Below, one piece after another: positions 1-8,717 of a DNA stretch of 64,000 nucleotides (position 1 is its first letter; the number at the start of each line of letters is the position of its first letter). The notes below the pieces were generated by a model that saw only the letters and a list, made by a program, of their open reading frames with translations, was not told where the DNA came from and did not search any database. A program made the position numbers and the translations under genes. The stretch lies in the sequence record NC_061446.1; one strand, written 5' to 3'.

Positions 1-620
1 CACTCTTTCACAAGCGGCAGAGGGAACAGGCCTTTGTCTTTTGCCCAATCGCCTTGCGAGTTCACATAGCTGGTGCCGTTCATTTGCTTACGCAGATAAG
101 CTGCAATCCCACCTATGTATTTCGTTCCATGCTTACACGGAAAGAAACAAACGTTTGTGCCTGTGTGCTGTGCATTAAGCAAACCACCAGCAGCACGAAC
201 AAGCGCACCCGGATAGCCACGCCACTCAACATCGAGCGGCCACTCCATGTATGACTTACGTCCGAGTGCTTTCATCAACAGACCGACAGACGGATAAGTA
301 CCAATCTTCGAGCCAATCTGATCATACGTTTTAAGCAATGCACTGAGCGAGTTCGTTCCTGCGTCTTTTAACGCCCAGCCTTTGATCTCTTGCAGTCGAG
401 CATGAGCCGCTAATTTGTTCCAGCCGCCCTTCTCGCCGCAGCCGAAGCAGTGAAAGAATCCGAGTGGTATCTCCATGCCTACAGAAGTGTAAATACCACA
501 ACTAGGAGTCTTATCACTGTGGAACGGACAGCACACCATAACAGTGTCGCCGTTATATTTCTTCTCGCCCGGCAGTTTACCTATTTCGTCAAGAATTATC
601 TGATGAACGTCTTCTGCCAT
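1..620 (-). CDS. DNA primase (N-terminal CHC2 zinc finger; runs off the window edge)
   Basis: My translation from ATG 620 (SD AGAGGA) reads MAEDVHQIILDEIGKLPGEKKYNGDTVMVCCPFHSDKTPSCGIYTSVGMEIPLGFFHCFGCGEKGG and is open to base 1. CPFHxDKTPS...CFGCG is the DnaG-type zinc-binding domain. Not in the ORF track because there is no stop inside the window. Confidence 0.9.
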   Translation of the reverse strand, partial: MAEDVHQIILDEIGKLPGEKKYNGDTVMVCCPFHSDKTPSCGIYTSVGMEIPLGFFHCFGCGEKGGWNKLAAHARLQEIKGWALKDAGTNSLSALLKTYDQIGSKIGTYPSVGLLMKALGRKSYMEWPLDVEWRGYPGALVRAAGGLLNAQHTGTNVCFFPCKHGTKYIGGIAAYLRKQMNGTSYVNSQGDWAKDKGLFPLPLVKE

Positions 621-660
621 ACCATCCTCTGTCTATTTCGTAATTTACGCATATAAGCAT

Positions 661-668
661 ATTTACAG
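661..668 (-). promoter_or_regulatory. CTGTAAAT box upstream of primase
   Basis: Reverse complement of atttacag, 40 nt upstream of the primase ATG. Same motif as at many plus-strand gene junctions. Confidence 0.55.
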
Positions 669-685
669 ATATAGGGATAACTAGA

Positions 686-1021
686 ATGGGTAACCAGCAT
701 CGTTATGTAGCTTCGGTAGAACGTCGCTTTTATGGACCTCAATGGTTGGCGCTATGCGACCTGATTAAGGTAGAGCCTCAGACGTGTGGTGCGTTCGCAA
801 AGAACGGTCATATGATGGGCCTGACTCTGCCTAAAGAGTTTGATGTTGAAGCTGCAACAAAGAGCCTGCGCCTTGTCTACTCAGTCAAGGAAGAAGACGT
901 GGCCGTGCGCTGTTACCTGTTCGGTACTCGCTACTACAAGTTCGTTTTCTTTGAACAAACAATTGCCGTAAGCGAGGATGATTATGAGAACGTTCGCAAA
1001 CGTACCAGCGCGAGTCAATGA
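686..1021 (+). CDS. hypothetical protein
   Basis: 111-aa ORF with AGGGA SD, first gene of the plus-strand block. Confidence 0.7.
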   Translation: MGNQHRYVASVERRFYGPQWLALCDLIKVEPQTCGAFAKNGHMMGLTLPKEFDVEAATKSLRLVYSVKEEDVAVRCYLFGTRYYKFVFFEQTIAVSEDDYENVRKRTSASQ

Positions 1022-2069
1022 TACTCGCGCTCTGTCTCGCATCGGCAAGATGATCGATGCGGCACTCGACGTAAAAAATCAAGAGAAGCGCTGGCCAAAG
1101 AAACGCGTCAGTCCTTCAATGTTTCCTATCTGCGCGATTCAAGAAACTGCCAAACTGATTTACCAGAAGCACAACAAGTGCATGACAGGTGAGTCTGGTA
1201 CGTTGCTGAACATCTTTGCGAAAGCAGGGACAGGGATGCACGAATCGTTACAGAACGCACTGGGTCATAGTGGTCAGATGGTTGGCCACTGGAAATGTAC
1301 GAACGAAAAATGCCCTGAATACCCAAAGACCAAAGGTAAAATGGTTGACGGTAAATATAAGAAGGGCAAGTACACGCGAACTCGAAGCACGAACAATCGC
1401 TGTCCGACGTGTGATAAACCCATGGCTTATGCAGAACTAAAAGTCCTGTATAAGTCACTCAAGGGTTACGTCGATGGACTGATTGATAATCTTGATGGCA
1501 CGTATAGCCTGATCGATTTGAAATCGACTATGGTGACCAAAGCTGCTGACGGATCTTTCTTCGTTAAGTATCACCGCTTCCAGATCGCAACATACGCATA
1601 CCTGCTGAAAAAACGTTACGGCTACAACATCGTGGATTACACTCTGGTTTACGTGCCGCGCGACAACCCGAAGAAGTTTGTCGAAAAGACCTTTGTGTTT
1701 GACGAGGCAGAGTCTAAACGTGCCAAAGACTTTATGATGGAACAAATACGCGCATGGGATGCCGCGGTAAAATCGGCGCGCACTGGTGATCTGCTGCCAG
1801 CTATTAAACGAAAGCCGTGCAAGAGCGCTGAGTATTATTGGGACGAGTTCCACGGATATGACACATGCCCTTTTGTTGACTATTGCTTTATTCAATCACA
1901 CATGATTGACTTCATGAAGAAGTTAGAGCAGCGAATCATGGCCAACCCCGACCTAACTTATATGGAAATTGTAAGCACTGGTCGGAAAACTCAACAACAA
2001 GGTTTGCTGCCGGACAAGCCGAAGAAGTCGCAACGTCCGAAGCATATCGTAAAAACATTTGAGCTATGA
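984..2069 (+). CDS. Cas4-like PD-(D/E)xK exonuclease with zinc-ribbon insertion
   Basis: SPSMFPIC, GTGMHE, GYVDGL..IDLKS and QIATY motifs. C-terminal Cys trio (PC..TCPFVDYC) as in Cas4/AddB Fe-S nucleases. Extra CxxxxC...CPTC. Start chosen from GAGG SD. Confidence 0.8.
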   Translation: MRTFANVPARVNDTRALSRIGKMIDAALDVKNQEKRWPKKRVSPSMFPICAIQETAKLIYQKHNKCMTGESGTLLNIFAKAGTGMHESLQNALGHSGQMVGHWKCTNEKCPEYPKTKGKMVDGKYKKGKYTRTRSTNNRCPTCDKPMAYAELKVLYKSLKGYVDGLIDNLDGTYSLIDLKSTMVTKAADGSFFVKYHRFQIATYAYLLKKRYGYNIVDYTLVYVPRDNPKKFVEKTFVFDEAESKRAKDFMMEQIRAWDAAVKSARTGDLLPAIKRKPCKSAEYYWDEFHGYDTCPFVDYCFIQSHMIDFMKKLEQRIMANPDLTYMEIVSTGRKTQQQGLLPDKPKKSQRPKHIVKTFEL

Positions 2070-2476
2070 GCATACAAAAAGATTATGAACGATCACTGCG
2101 CCGACTTAAGGAGTCTGTCTATCGCACTGAACAGTTAGGTTATGTTGTGCCTCGCTGTGTTGATGTTGTTCTCTCAAAGTTGAAGCCGCCTGAGACTGTA
2201 TCGTCTAGGAAGTATCTGGTCATGTTGCTGTTGTTTAGCCAGACCTGTGACAACCTACGATCTGCTTTGACAATGAGAGAGCAACTGGTAGTCAAGATGG
2301 CCATACTCAGTCGCAAACACCCAACACCAGAGATTCAACGTCGCATCAGACGTCTTGAAGAACTGGTCAATAATCAGGATAGGAATATCGAAAGCCAGAG
2401 ACTGCTGCTTGATTACAGAGCAAACGTCCTGCTTGATATCCTTGACGGGAAAGAACCCAACTCACGATACACTTGA
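2066..2476 (+). CDS. hypothetical protein (coiled-coil C-terminus)
   Basis: 136-aa ORF, ATGA overlap with the upstream gene. Confidence 0.7.
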   Translation: MSIQKDYERSLRRLKESVYRTEQLGYVVPRCVDVVLSKLKPPETVSSRKYLVMLLLFSQTCDNLRSALTMREQLVVKMAILSRKHPTPEIQRRIRRLEELVNNQDRNIESQRLLLDYRANVLLDILDGKEPNSRYT

Positions 2477-2483
2477 GGTACTC

Positions 2484-2960
2484 ATGGAAATTTATGTAAG
2501 CCTGAGTCAGGACTCTACAGACAAGAACCGCAACAAGGTATCGAGTCCGGAGTCCAACACCGGCCGCGTTGACGTGTCTGAATATGCGTCACTGGAAAAG
2601 AAACTGCGTCTGCGTGAAGAAGCTGTCGATAAAGAGAAACTCGCTCAGAAGGCTGGTGGCGGGGATTCTGTAAAGGGTAAGAAAGGCGCCAAGAAGAAAG
2701 GCGATGACAAACCCGAAGAAGACGATACTGACATTGATACCGACACTGATACAGATGGAGGCGATGATGATACAGATGACTCTTCCGATGACAGTGGAGA
2801 CGACTCCGATGGAGACGCTAAAGCTAAGAAAGGTGGAAAGAAATCTAACAAGTCTGGAGATGCGGACGACGAAGACGCAGAAGACCCTGACGCAGACGAA
2901 CCCGAAAGTGATGACGGGGATGCAGATGCTGAAAGCATTGATGACGAGGACCTCGAATAG
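2484..2960 (+). CDS. MEIYVSLS-start protein with K-rich and D-rich blocks
   Basis: GAGG SD then ATG 2484. Starts MEIYVSLSQ and has a low-complexity acidic tail. Confidence 0.8.
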   Translation: MEIYVSLSQDSTDKNRNKVSSPESNTGRVDVSEYASLEKKLRLREEAVDKEKLAQKAGGGDSVKGKKGAKKKGDDKPEEDDTDIDTDTDTDGGDDDTDDSSDDSGDDSDGDAKAKKGGKKSNKSGDADDEDAEDPDADEPESDDGDADAESIDDEDLE

Positions 2961-3456
2961 CGATCCTGTCGATGTGCCGAAGACGCACGATGCGATGATC
3001 GAAGTTCTGATCGCTATTCGCTACATGTGCACCAAGCGGATGATCTATCCTGTAGTTGCTGCTACCATAGAACAGCGTAACGACTTTCTGGTGATGAACA
3101 AGCTGACTTTCCAGATGAAGCCAAGTATGTTCTACAGCGCTATTCAGGATAGCAACTGCAAAGTGAATGTGTGTTGGCTTATGCGAGCCTTCACACGCAC
3201 TGCACTGCATTTTGGTCTGATGCCAATCATCGCGGACAGAAGCGGTGACTTCCAGCCTCTGGTGAGTCGCTTCTTCACTCAGGACGATCCTGATTTTGCG
3301 TATCGACGTTTCTATGACGTGCGTAAGCTGCCGTCAGTAACAGACATTCGCAAGCCCCGCCTGTATACGCTTAACGGAGTTAACTATGGCGTACAAGTCA
3401 CAAGCCAAGAAACCGAAGAAGTCAAAAGCTGCGAAAGAAGCAGATACTCGGAATAA
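2941..3456 (+). CDS. hypothetical protein (start uncertain, 2941 or 2995)
   Basis: The globular-looking C-terminal part of the 250-aa ORF. The upstream part is a frame shadow of the previous gene. Confidence 0.6.
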   Translation: MTRTSNSDPVDVPKTHDAMIEVLIAIRYMCTKRMIYPVVAATIEQRNDFLVMNKLTFQMKPSMFYSAIQDSNCKVNVCWLMRAFTRTALHFGLMPIIADRSGDFQPLVSRFFTQDDPDFAYRRFYDVRKLPSVTDIRKPRLYTLNGVNYGVQVTSQETEEVKSCERSRYSE

Positions 3457-4042
3457 GGCACACAAGCAAGCGAAGCGCGGTAAGCTCGCTCAGGCAGTGA
3501 AGACTCTCAGTGCTGCATCTGCCAAATCGCGCCGCATGACTAAAGGTGAGAAACGTGCAATTCAGTTGCAGCCGTTCAAACCTCAGATTGTGCCTCAGCC
3601 TCCGAAAACTCCTCTGATGGAAAAAGGTCTGTCGCTTACTGCGCTTATGCGCTCGACACCTCGCCTGATGAAAGAGAACGCGATGGAGTGTTACGTTAAC
3701 ACTGTGAAACGCGGTAAGACTAACAAAGGTCTGCCGATGATCATGGCTAACGTTCGACACAAAGATCCACTGCGCCCTAATAAAACAGTGCGCATTCACA
3801 AGCCGATGATCATCGGTCTGGATGACCCGTACAAGCCCATCTCAAAACAAAAGCGTGTGCTGGTCAGTTGTCCATGTGAGAACTATGTTTTCATGTGGGA
3901 GTATGCGAACGCCGAACACGGCTGTGCGCGAATCATTTACGGTAATGGCGAACCGCCGGACTTCACTAACCCAGGTCATGCGCCAGGTCTGTGCAAACAT
4001 CTGATGGCTTTGGCCGATCAAGTCAAACGCAATGGAGATTAG
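3386..4042 (+). CDS. SWIM zinc-finger protein with basic N-terminus
   Basis: VSCPCE...GLCKHL is the CxC-xn-CxH SWIM signature. Confidence 0.75.
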   Translation: MAYKSQAKKPKKSKAAKEADTRNKAHKQAKRGKLAQAVKTLSAASAKSRRMTKGEKRAIQLQPFKPQIVPQPPKTPLMEKGLSLTALMRSTPRLMKENAMECYVNTVKRGKTNKGLPMIMANVRHKDPLRPNKTVRIHKPMIIGLDDPYKPISKQKRVLVSCPCENYVFMWEYANAEHGCARIIYGNGEPPDFTNPGHAPGLCKHLMALADQVKRNGD

Positions 4043-4044
4043 TT

Positions 4045-4578
4045 TTGAATATCTTCACATCTGATACGCACTACGGAGCCGAACGCACTCTTCAATTTAG
4101 TCGTCGCCCATTTGGCAGTGTTCTTGAGATGGATAAAACCATGCTCGACCGCTGCAATGAGATAGCTACTGAAAAAGATACACTGTACCACGTAGGTGAC
4201 TTTGGTTCCTATGAGATGGTGCAGCATATCTGTGCGCCTGTCATTTTGATTTGCGGTAACTACGAGATCAATGACATGCACAAACAGTTTGCTTCGGACT
4301 TCGATGCTTTTCGTGCGCACCTGATGCGTTTGGGTTTTGTTGACGTTGTTCGAGACAGTCTGGAAGTGGATGGAATGTATCTCAACCACTACCCAACTAA
4401 GCGCCGCGTTGACCAGTTCAGCCTGTTCGGTCATATTCACGGATTACAGATGGTCAAACGCAATGCGTTAAACGTTGGCGTTGACTGTCATCATTACGCG
4501 CCTGTTGATGCAGAGCGCCTACAGTTCTTCCGTAATGCAATCGAAAATCATTACGACGAAGACGTGTTTGGTTCATAA
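4045..4578 (+). CDS. calcineurin-like metallophosphoesterase
   Basis: DTH, GDF, GN(Y)E, H and GHIH motifs plus NVGVD. TTG start 7 nt after GGAG. Confidence 0.85.
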   Translation: MNIFTSDTHYGAERTLQFSRRPFGSVLEMDKTMLDRCNEIATEKDTLYHVGDFGSYEMVQHICAPVILICGNYEINDMHKQFASDFDAFRAHLMRLGFVDVVRDSLEVDGMYLNHYPTKRRVDQFSLFGHIHGLQMVKRNALNVGVDCHHYAPVDAERLQFFRNAIENHYDEDVFGS

Positions 4579-4587
4579 GGAGATTGC

Positions 4588-4863
4588 ATGTTCTTTAAAA
4601 ATCCTGCCATGGGCGTTGTGCCCAATCAGCCGATCATTCACTCTATTACGGAGATGCACCGCCGTGTTGCAGAACTGAACGGTGAACTGATCGCTGCTGG
4701 CTGTACTGTGGTCGAGAACTGCGGTGAGATGTTGATTGAAGTACCTGCTGGTGCATCTGCCACTGTTGATGGAATTATGCAGCGTCACATCGACATGTTC
4801 AAAGGCCCGATTATCAGCCGCCCTGCGCGTTTGCAAATCGGAGGTGAAGATGCAGAAGCGTAA
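4588..4863 (+). CDS. hypothetical protein
   Basis: AAGGAG SD, 91 aa. Confidence 0.7.
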   Translation: MFFKNPAMGVVPNQPIIHSITEMHRRVAELNGELIAAGCTVVENCGEMLIEVPAGASATVDGIMQRHIDMFKGPIISRPARLQIGGEDAEA

Positions 4864-5284
4864 GTTCGATCCGAACGAACCCTACTCGGTATCGCTGCAC
4901 TTTGGCCCACATATCGTTCACGGTCATGCGCAAGACAGCGCGTTTGGTCAGGTGATGCAGAACATGTTGCTGCGTGAAATCAATAAGACGTGCGACAAGA
5001 TGTTCAAGACTCTGGCTGATGTTCCTGTTGCTGCTGCTCCTACGTTTGACTGTGCCGAAGTAGAGGCAAGCAACATTCTTGCGGCTGTTCAGCGTTGGCA
5101 CGAAATGATTGCCAATGAGCCGCCCGTGAAAGAGTTCGAACCTTGCTTTGTGCCAGACTGGATGCGTCCAGGTCTTCGTGCTAAAGGCATGACTGATGAA
5201 CAGATTGATAAGATCGTTATCACTGGCATCGAGCCTTCGTTTGAGGATCGCCCCGGCATCGTTCTGAGAACGGTGAGCGCCTAA
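4850..5284 (+). CDS. hypothetical protein
   Basis: GGAGG SD before ATG 4850 (MQKRKF). Confidence 0.7.
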   Translation: MQKRKFDPNEPYSVSLHFGPHIVHGHAQDSAFGQVMQNMLLREINKTCDKMFKTLADVPVAAAPTFDCAEVEASNILAAVQRWHEMIANEPPVKEFEPCFVPDWMRPGLRAKGMTDEQIDKIVITGIEPSFEDRPGIVLRTVSA

Positions 5285-5499
5285 TGGCCTGCGCTGGTTG
5301 TGGCCGTCGTAGCTCTCGCATTAGCTATCACGGCGCCTCTGCTCCTCAAGTTGAAATCGAAGAGGACGATACGTTAAGCGCTGCGCGTTTAACTCCAATG
5401 GGTTGGGTACGCACCTGCGTTAAATGCGGGAAAGTATCTGAGCCTTCACCCTTTGCAGAAAACATCAATAAGCCATGTGACTGCACTTTAGACGAGTGA
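5284..5499 (+). CDS. small Cys-rich (zinc-binding) protein
   Basis: CAGC, CVKC and CDC motifs. TAATG coupling to the upstream gene. Confidence 0.6.
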   Translation: MACAGCGRRSSRISYHGASAPQVEIEEDDTLSAARLTPMGWVRTCVKCGKVSEPSPFAENINKPCDCTLDE

Positions 5500-6230
5500 T
5501 CATGATGAACAATCTCGTTGGAACAGCGTGTGCCTTAGACTCCTGCCGCTTCTATGCAGAGAATATGGTGCACATACAATTCGGCAGTTCTCTTTGTCCT
5601 GTGTCGCCTCAACCGCCATACAATCAACCTGTCAATAATCGCAATCTGCATTCGTGGATTGAAAGTATTGAACTGGCGTTTGACAATGCAATCAGTCGTA
5701 CCGATCTGCAATTCCCGTACGCAGGCATTCTCTATCGTTTCCGTTCTATCTACGGGAACTATGTGGCTCAATACCGCGATGACATTTCGGCCGGTCGTCA
5801 GTATCGTGCGAAAGTAGGAACTCCGTTGGATGCGGTGCCAGAGCGGATTGAGGGCGAACATGCGAAAGAGTTTGCTTCCCGCTTCTTCAACTACACGGCA
5901 GGCCAAGTGACCGCGTTCTTATACATGGTCTGTCTCGATCAGTATGCTCGTGAACAAACAGACTGCTATCTGCCTGATCCGCCGCGAGCATTCGATTTGC
6001 CTCAGAACATCTTCAACGAAAGCCCTACCGCTTTCACGAAGACACACGACGTTCTGGTTAACCATCTGATGGAAGCGATGTTGCAGACGCATAGCGATAC
6101 GCTGGACATTCATGTGTCGTTGCGTGATTACGGTCTGTCTGTTATCTTCCCGCTGGTGGCTGAGTGTCGCAATGTGATTTACGCCGCCTGGCCAATCCCT
6201 AACGCCAAAGGACAAAAAGCAAATGTCTGA
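5496..6230 (+). CDS. hypothetical protein
   Basis: 244-aa ORF coupled on both sides. Confidence 0.7.
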   Translation: MIMMNNLVGTACALDSCRFYAENMVHIQFGSSLCPVSPQPPYNQPVNNRNLHSWIESIELAFDNAISRTDLQFPYAGILYRFRSIYGNYVAQYRDDISAGRQYRAKVGTPLDAVPERIEGEHAKEFASRFFNYTAGQVTAFLYMVCLDQYAREQTDCYLPDPPRAFDLPQNIFNESPTAFTKTHDVLVNHLMEAMLQTHSDTLDIHVSLRDYGLSVIFPLVAECRNVIYAAWPIPNAKGQKANV

Positions 6231-6756
6231 TGTTATTCTGTTTGACAATCAGAAAGACTGGGAAGACTTCGGTAGCGCGGTCTACGAAGAATTTCGTCTG
6301 AACGTGATGACAGGCAGTAGCAGCGCCAGTCAGATTCCTACAGTCGCACCGTTCGAAGACGTGAAACACCAACTCAGTTATTCGAACATTCTGCCTGAGG
6401 GTGAGCAATCGCCTATCGTTGTGCTGGACATTCTGGTCATGGAAGTTGAGCTGGCCGAAGGTGAATCTCGCAACTACGACGCAGACAGTCTGGACGAAGC
6501 TGTGCGCAAAGTTGTATCACTGTATCAGGCTCGCGCTCGTGACCTAGAATGCCACCTGACTGGCAACTTCATTACTGCTGATCATAAAGTCAATGGTGCG
6601 CTGTTGCGTATCTACCGCAATCAGGACTTCGTGTGTAAGGGTCATCCTGAACTTCTGCATGGCCGTCCTCTGGGCATGTTCCACTGTGACAAGTGCGGTG
6701 AGATGCAAATGGCTGGAGCATTCCACTTACCCAAAGAGGAAACTCAAAATGGTTAA
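6223..6756 (+). CDS. hypothetical protein with C-terminal zinc ribbon
   Basis: CKGH...HCDKCG near the C-terminus. Confidence 0.7.
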   Translation: MSDVILFDNQKDWEDFGSAVYEEFRLNVMTGSSSASQIPTVAPFEDVKHQLSYSNILPEGEQSPIVVLDILVMEVELAEGESRNYDADSLDEAVRKVVSLYQARARDLECHLTGNFITADHKVNGALLRIYRNQDFVCKGHPELLHGRPLGMFHCDKCGEMQMAGAFHLPKEETQNG

Positions 6757-7216
6757 AGGCGGACTGTGGCGCGTCTTCCCTGATTACGATTCAGAGGAGA
6801 TGTTGCTAAAACTCGGTGCTGCTATCGGCATCGACCGTGACAGTGACGACGTGCCTGATGAATTGCACGTTACTCTGGCTTATGATGAATCGAACCCGGA
6901 CGTTGAAGCAGAGCAAAACGATGCTGGCCAGTTCTTTGGCACCGTTGCTTCTGCTGAACTGTTTGGTGAAGGTCAAGATAAGATTCTGGTGCTCGTACTC
7001 GAATCGCCTGACCTACAACAGGAACACGCTCGTATTCATGCGTGTGGTGCTGCCAAGTTTGCACACACTCCCTATCGCCCGCATGTGACGTTACTCAAAC
7101 ATGCAAAAGACAGCCAAGCTGAATATCTCAACCAGATCATTCAGCATCCGGGACGTCCTCCAATCACTCTGCGCTTCATTGAAGAAGACCGCAAGGTGCT
7201 GGAGAAGCATAGCTAA
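6749..7216 (+). CDS. acb1: 2H phosphodiesterase, T4 gp57B/Acb1-like anti-CBASS nuclease
   Basis: Two HxT motifs (LHVTLAY, YRPHVTL) plus GLW, LVLVLES and H..HACGA segments that mirror T4 57B as recalled (GLY, IHSTICY, LVLVLDS, ALGA, YTPHITL). GAGGA SD. Confidence 0.75.
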   Translation: MVKGGLWRVFPDYDSEEMLLKLGAAIGIDRDSDDVPDELHVTLAYDESNPDVEAEQNDAGQFFGTVASAELFGEGQDKILVLVLESPDLQQEHARIHACGAAKFAHTPYRPHVTLLKHAKDSQAEYLNQIIQHPGRPPITLRFIEEDRKVLEKHS

Positions 7217-7221
7217 AACCT

Positions 7222-7247
7222 AGCGGTGGCCTTGTGCTGCCGCTTTT
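7222..7247 (+). terminator. intrinsic terminator
   Basis: AGCGGTGGC-CTTGT-GCTGCCGCT followed by TTT. Confidence 0.65.
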
Positions 7248-7267
7248 GTCATTCTGGAGAAATTTCT

Positions 7268-7585
7268 ATGGAAATCTATGTAAGCCTTTCCCATGAGATT
7301 CGCGTCGGCCGTCAAGACTCTAATCAAGTTGTTGTGCCTGAAACTACTGATGGCCAGAAACGTGCTGTTGATCAACAAGAGAAAGAACGCATTGTTGAAG
7401 AATATGGCATCGACACTCCTCAGGAAGAGATTGACGAGAAAGAGAAGGAGCGCATTGAGCGCGAAGAGGAGAAGCGCGACGAAAACAAGACCAAAGCACC
7501 GGAAGATTTAGGTCAGCGTAAGCCGGAATCTGAACTCACTGGCTCTGAGATTCAAGACCAGCACGATAACCTGACAAAGATCTAG
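7268..7585 (+). CDS. MEIYVSLS-start protein, highly charged
   Basis: GGAG SD, starts MEIYVSLSH, E/K-rich. Confidence 0.8.
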   Translation: MEIYVSLSHEIRVGRQDSNQVVVPETTDGQKRAVDQQEKERIVEEYGIDTPQEEIDEKEKERIEREEEKRDENKTKAPEDLGQRKPESELTGSEIQDQHDNLTKI

Positions 7586-7589
7586 GAAT

Positions 7590-7597
7590 CTGTAAAT
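7590..7597 (+). promoter_or_regulatory. CTGTAAAT box upstream of sigma factor gene
   Basis: Recurrent intergenic motif. Confidence 0.6.
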
Positions 7598-7630
7598 AAG
7601 AGTCAAAGCAACTAACAGGTGTATTTGACC

Positions 7631-8668
7631 ATGAACAATAAGTCGAATCTCACAGGCGGTCAGATAGAAAGCGTCATGGACACAATGCTTCATGACTGCC
7701 TGCGTGAGATTGTTGAGAACACGGACATATTCGATGTTCAACTGACCTATCTGTTGAACATGATTACGTCGAATAAAAAGCGAAAGCCGTACAACGCTGA
7801 GACGCGTGACCGTGCTATCAGCCTTCTGATTAAGGCGCTGTCTGTGCCTCGCGATCAGAAAATGATTTATATCCAGGAGCTTAAAATGGAGCGTAACTTC
7901 ATTTACGTCTTCCTGGAAAATGTAATTAAGCGATACTACACAACGTATGTAGATCTCTATCGGGGTTTCATTTCGACGCAAGATGCTGTTAAGCGCGAAG
8001 CATATTCGAAACGCCTGAATGCCTACGTGAAGATGTTTGGGGCAGAGTCTCGTTCCAAACTCTTTATCGCGTTGTGTCGTTTGAACGATCTTCTGCCGCA
8101 GTTCATGGAATACTTCCACTCGGTGGTTGCTGACTTCTATAGACTATGCAGCAAGCAAACAAAATTTTATGTTGATACGAACCGCGGTAAGCTGTATGAC
8201 AGCAAAGACGTGCGCCAAAACTTCTTGCGTAACGTTATCGTGGCTATCAACAAGTATGATTCCTCTCGCGGTGCGATTGTGAGTTATACGAAGTGGTGGA
8301 TCTTGAACGCCCAAACCTGTAGTAGCAGCGAGCATGAATACGGCATCGCCTACACTATTCCCCAGACTCAACGTAAGAAACTGGCGACAGGTGAAGATAC
8401 CACTTCTCTGAATTTCTCGGTAAGTCTCGACACTCCTGCGAACGAATCTGATGAAGGTGCGGACGCGTCCCTACATCAAAAAGTGAGTGACCATCATCAC
8501 TTAGAAGATCACGTAGATAGTGAAAGACGTACTGAAAAACTGAGGCTGCTTATTAAGCGCGTAGACCCACTCGGCGTTGCACGATTGACGATGGATGTGG
8601 GTGAGGAGTTCGATAAGTTCGAACTTGATATGATGCGCAAACATATGCAGGCTCAAGGGCTAGCCTAA
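7631..8668 (+). CDS. phage sigma70-like RNA polymerase sigma factor (region 4 truncated)
   Basis: DVRQNFLRNVIVAINKYDSSRGAIVSYTKWWILNAQ...YTIP matches region 2.2-2.4. SVSLDTP...ASLHQKVSD matches region 3.2. Only 76 aa follow SLDTP. Alternative GTG start at 7619. Confidence 0.8.
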   Translation: MNNKSNLTGGQIESVMDTMLHDCLREIVENTDIFDVQLTYLLNMITSNKKRKPYNAETRDRAISLLIKALSVPRDQKMIYIQELKMERNFIYVFLENVIKRYYTTYVDLYRGFISTQDAVKREAYSKRLNAYVKMFGAESRSKLFIALCRLNDLLPQFMEYFHSVVADFYRLCSKQTKFYVDTNRGKLYDSKDVRQNFLRNVIVAINKYDSSRGAIVSYTKWWILNAQTCSSSEHEYGIAYTIPQTQRKKLATGEDTTSLNFSVSLDTPANESDEGADASLHQKVSDHHHLEDHVDSERRTEKLRLLIKRVDPLGVARLTMDVGEEFDKFELDMMRKHMQAQGLA

Positions 8669-8670
8669 AA

Positions 8671-8678
8671 CTGTAAAC
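8671..8678 (+). promoter_or_regulatory. CTGTAAAC box upstream of SSB-recA
   Basis: Recurrent intergenic motif, 39 nt before the ATG. Confidence 0.6.
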
Positions 8679-8717
8679 AGTGATCACATAAGCACAACTC
8701 AATATTGAGGAACAACA

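Noticed and set aside
450-656. Plus-strand ORFs at 54-254 and 450-656
   Set aside because: They overlap the minus-strand primase gene, which has clear motifs.
984-2069. CRISPR-Cas locus suggested by the Cas4-like gene
   Set aside because: No cas1/cas2 and no repeat-spacer array seen anywhere in the window.
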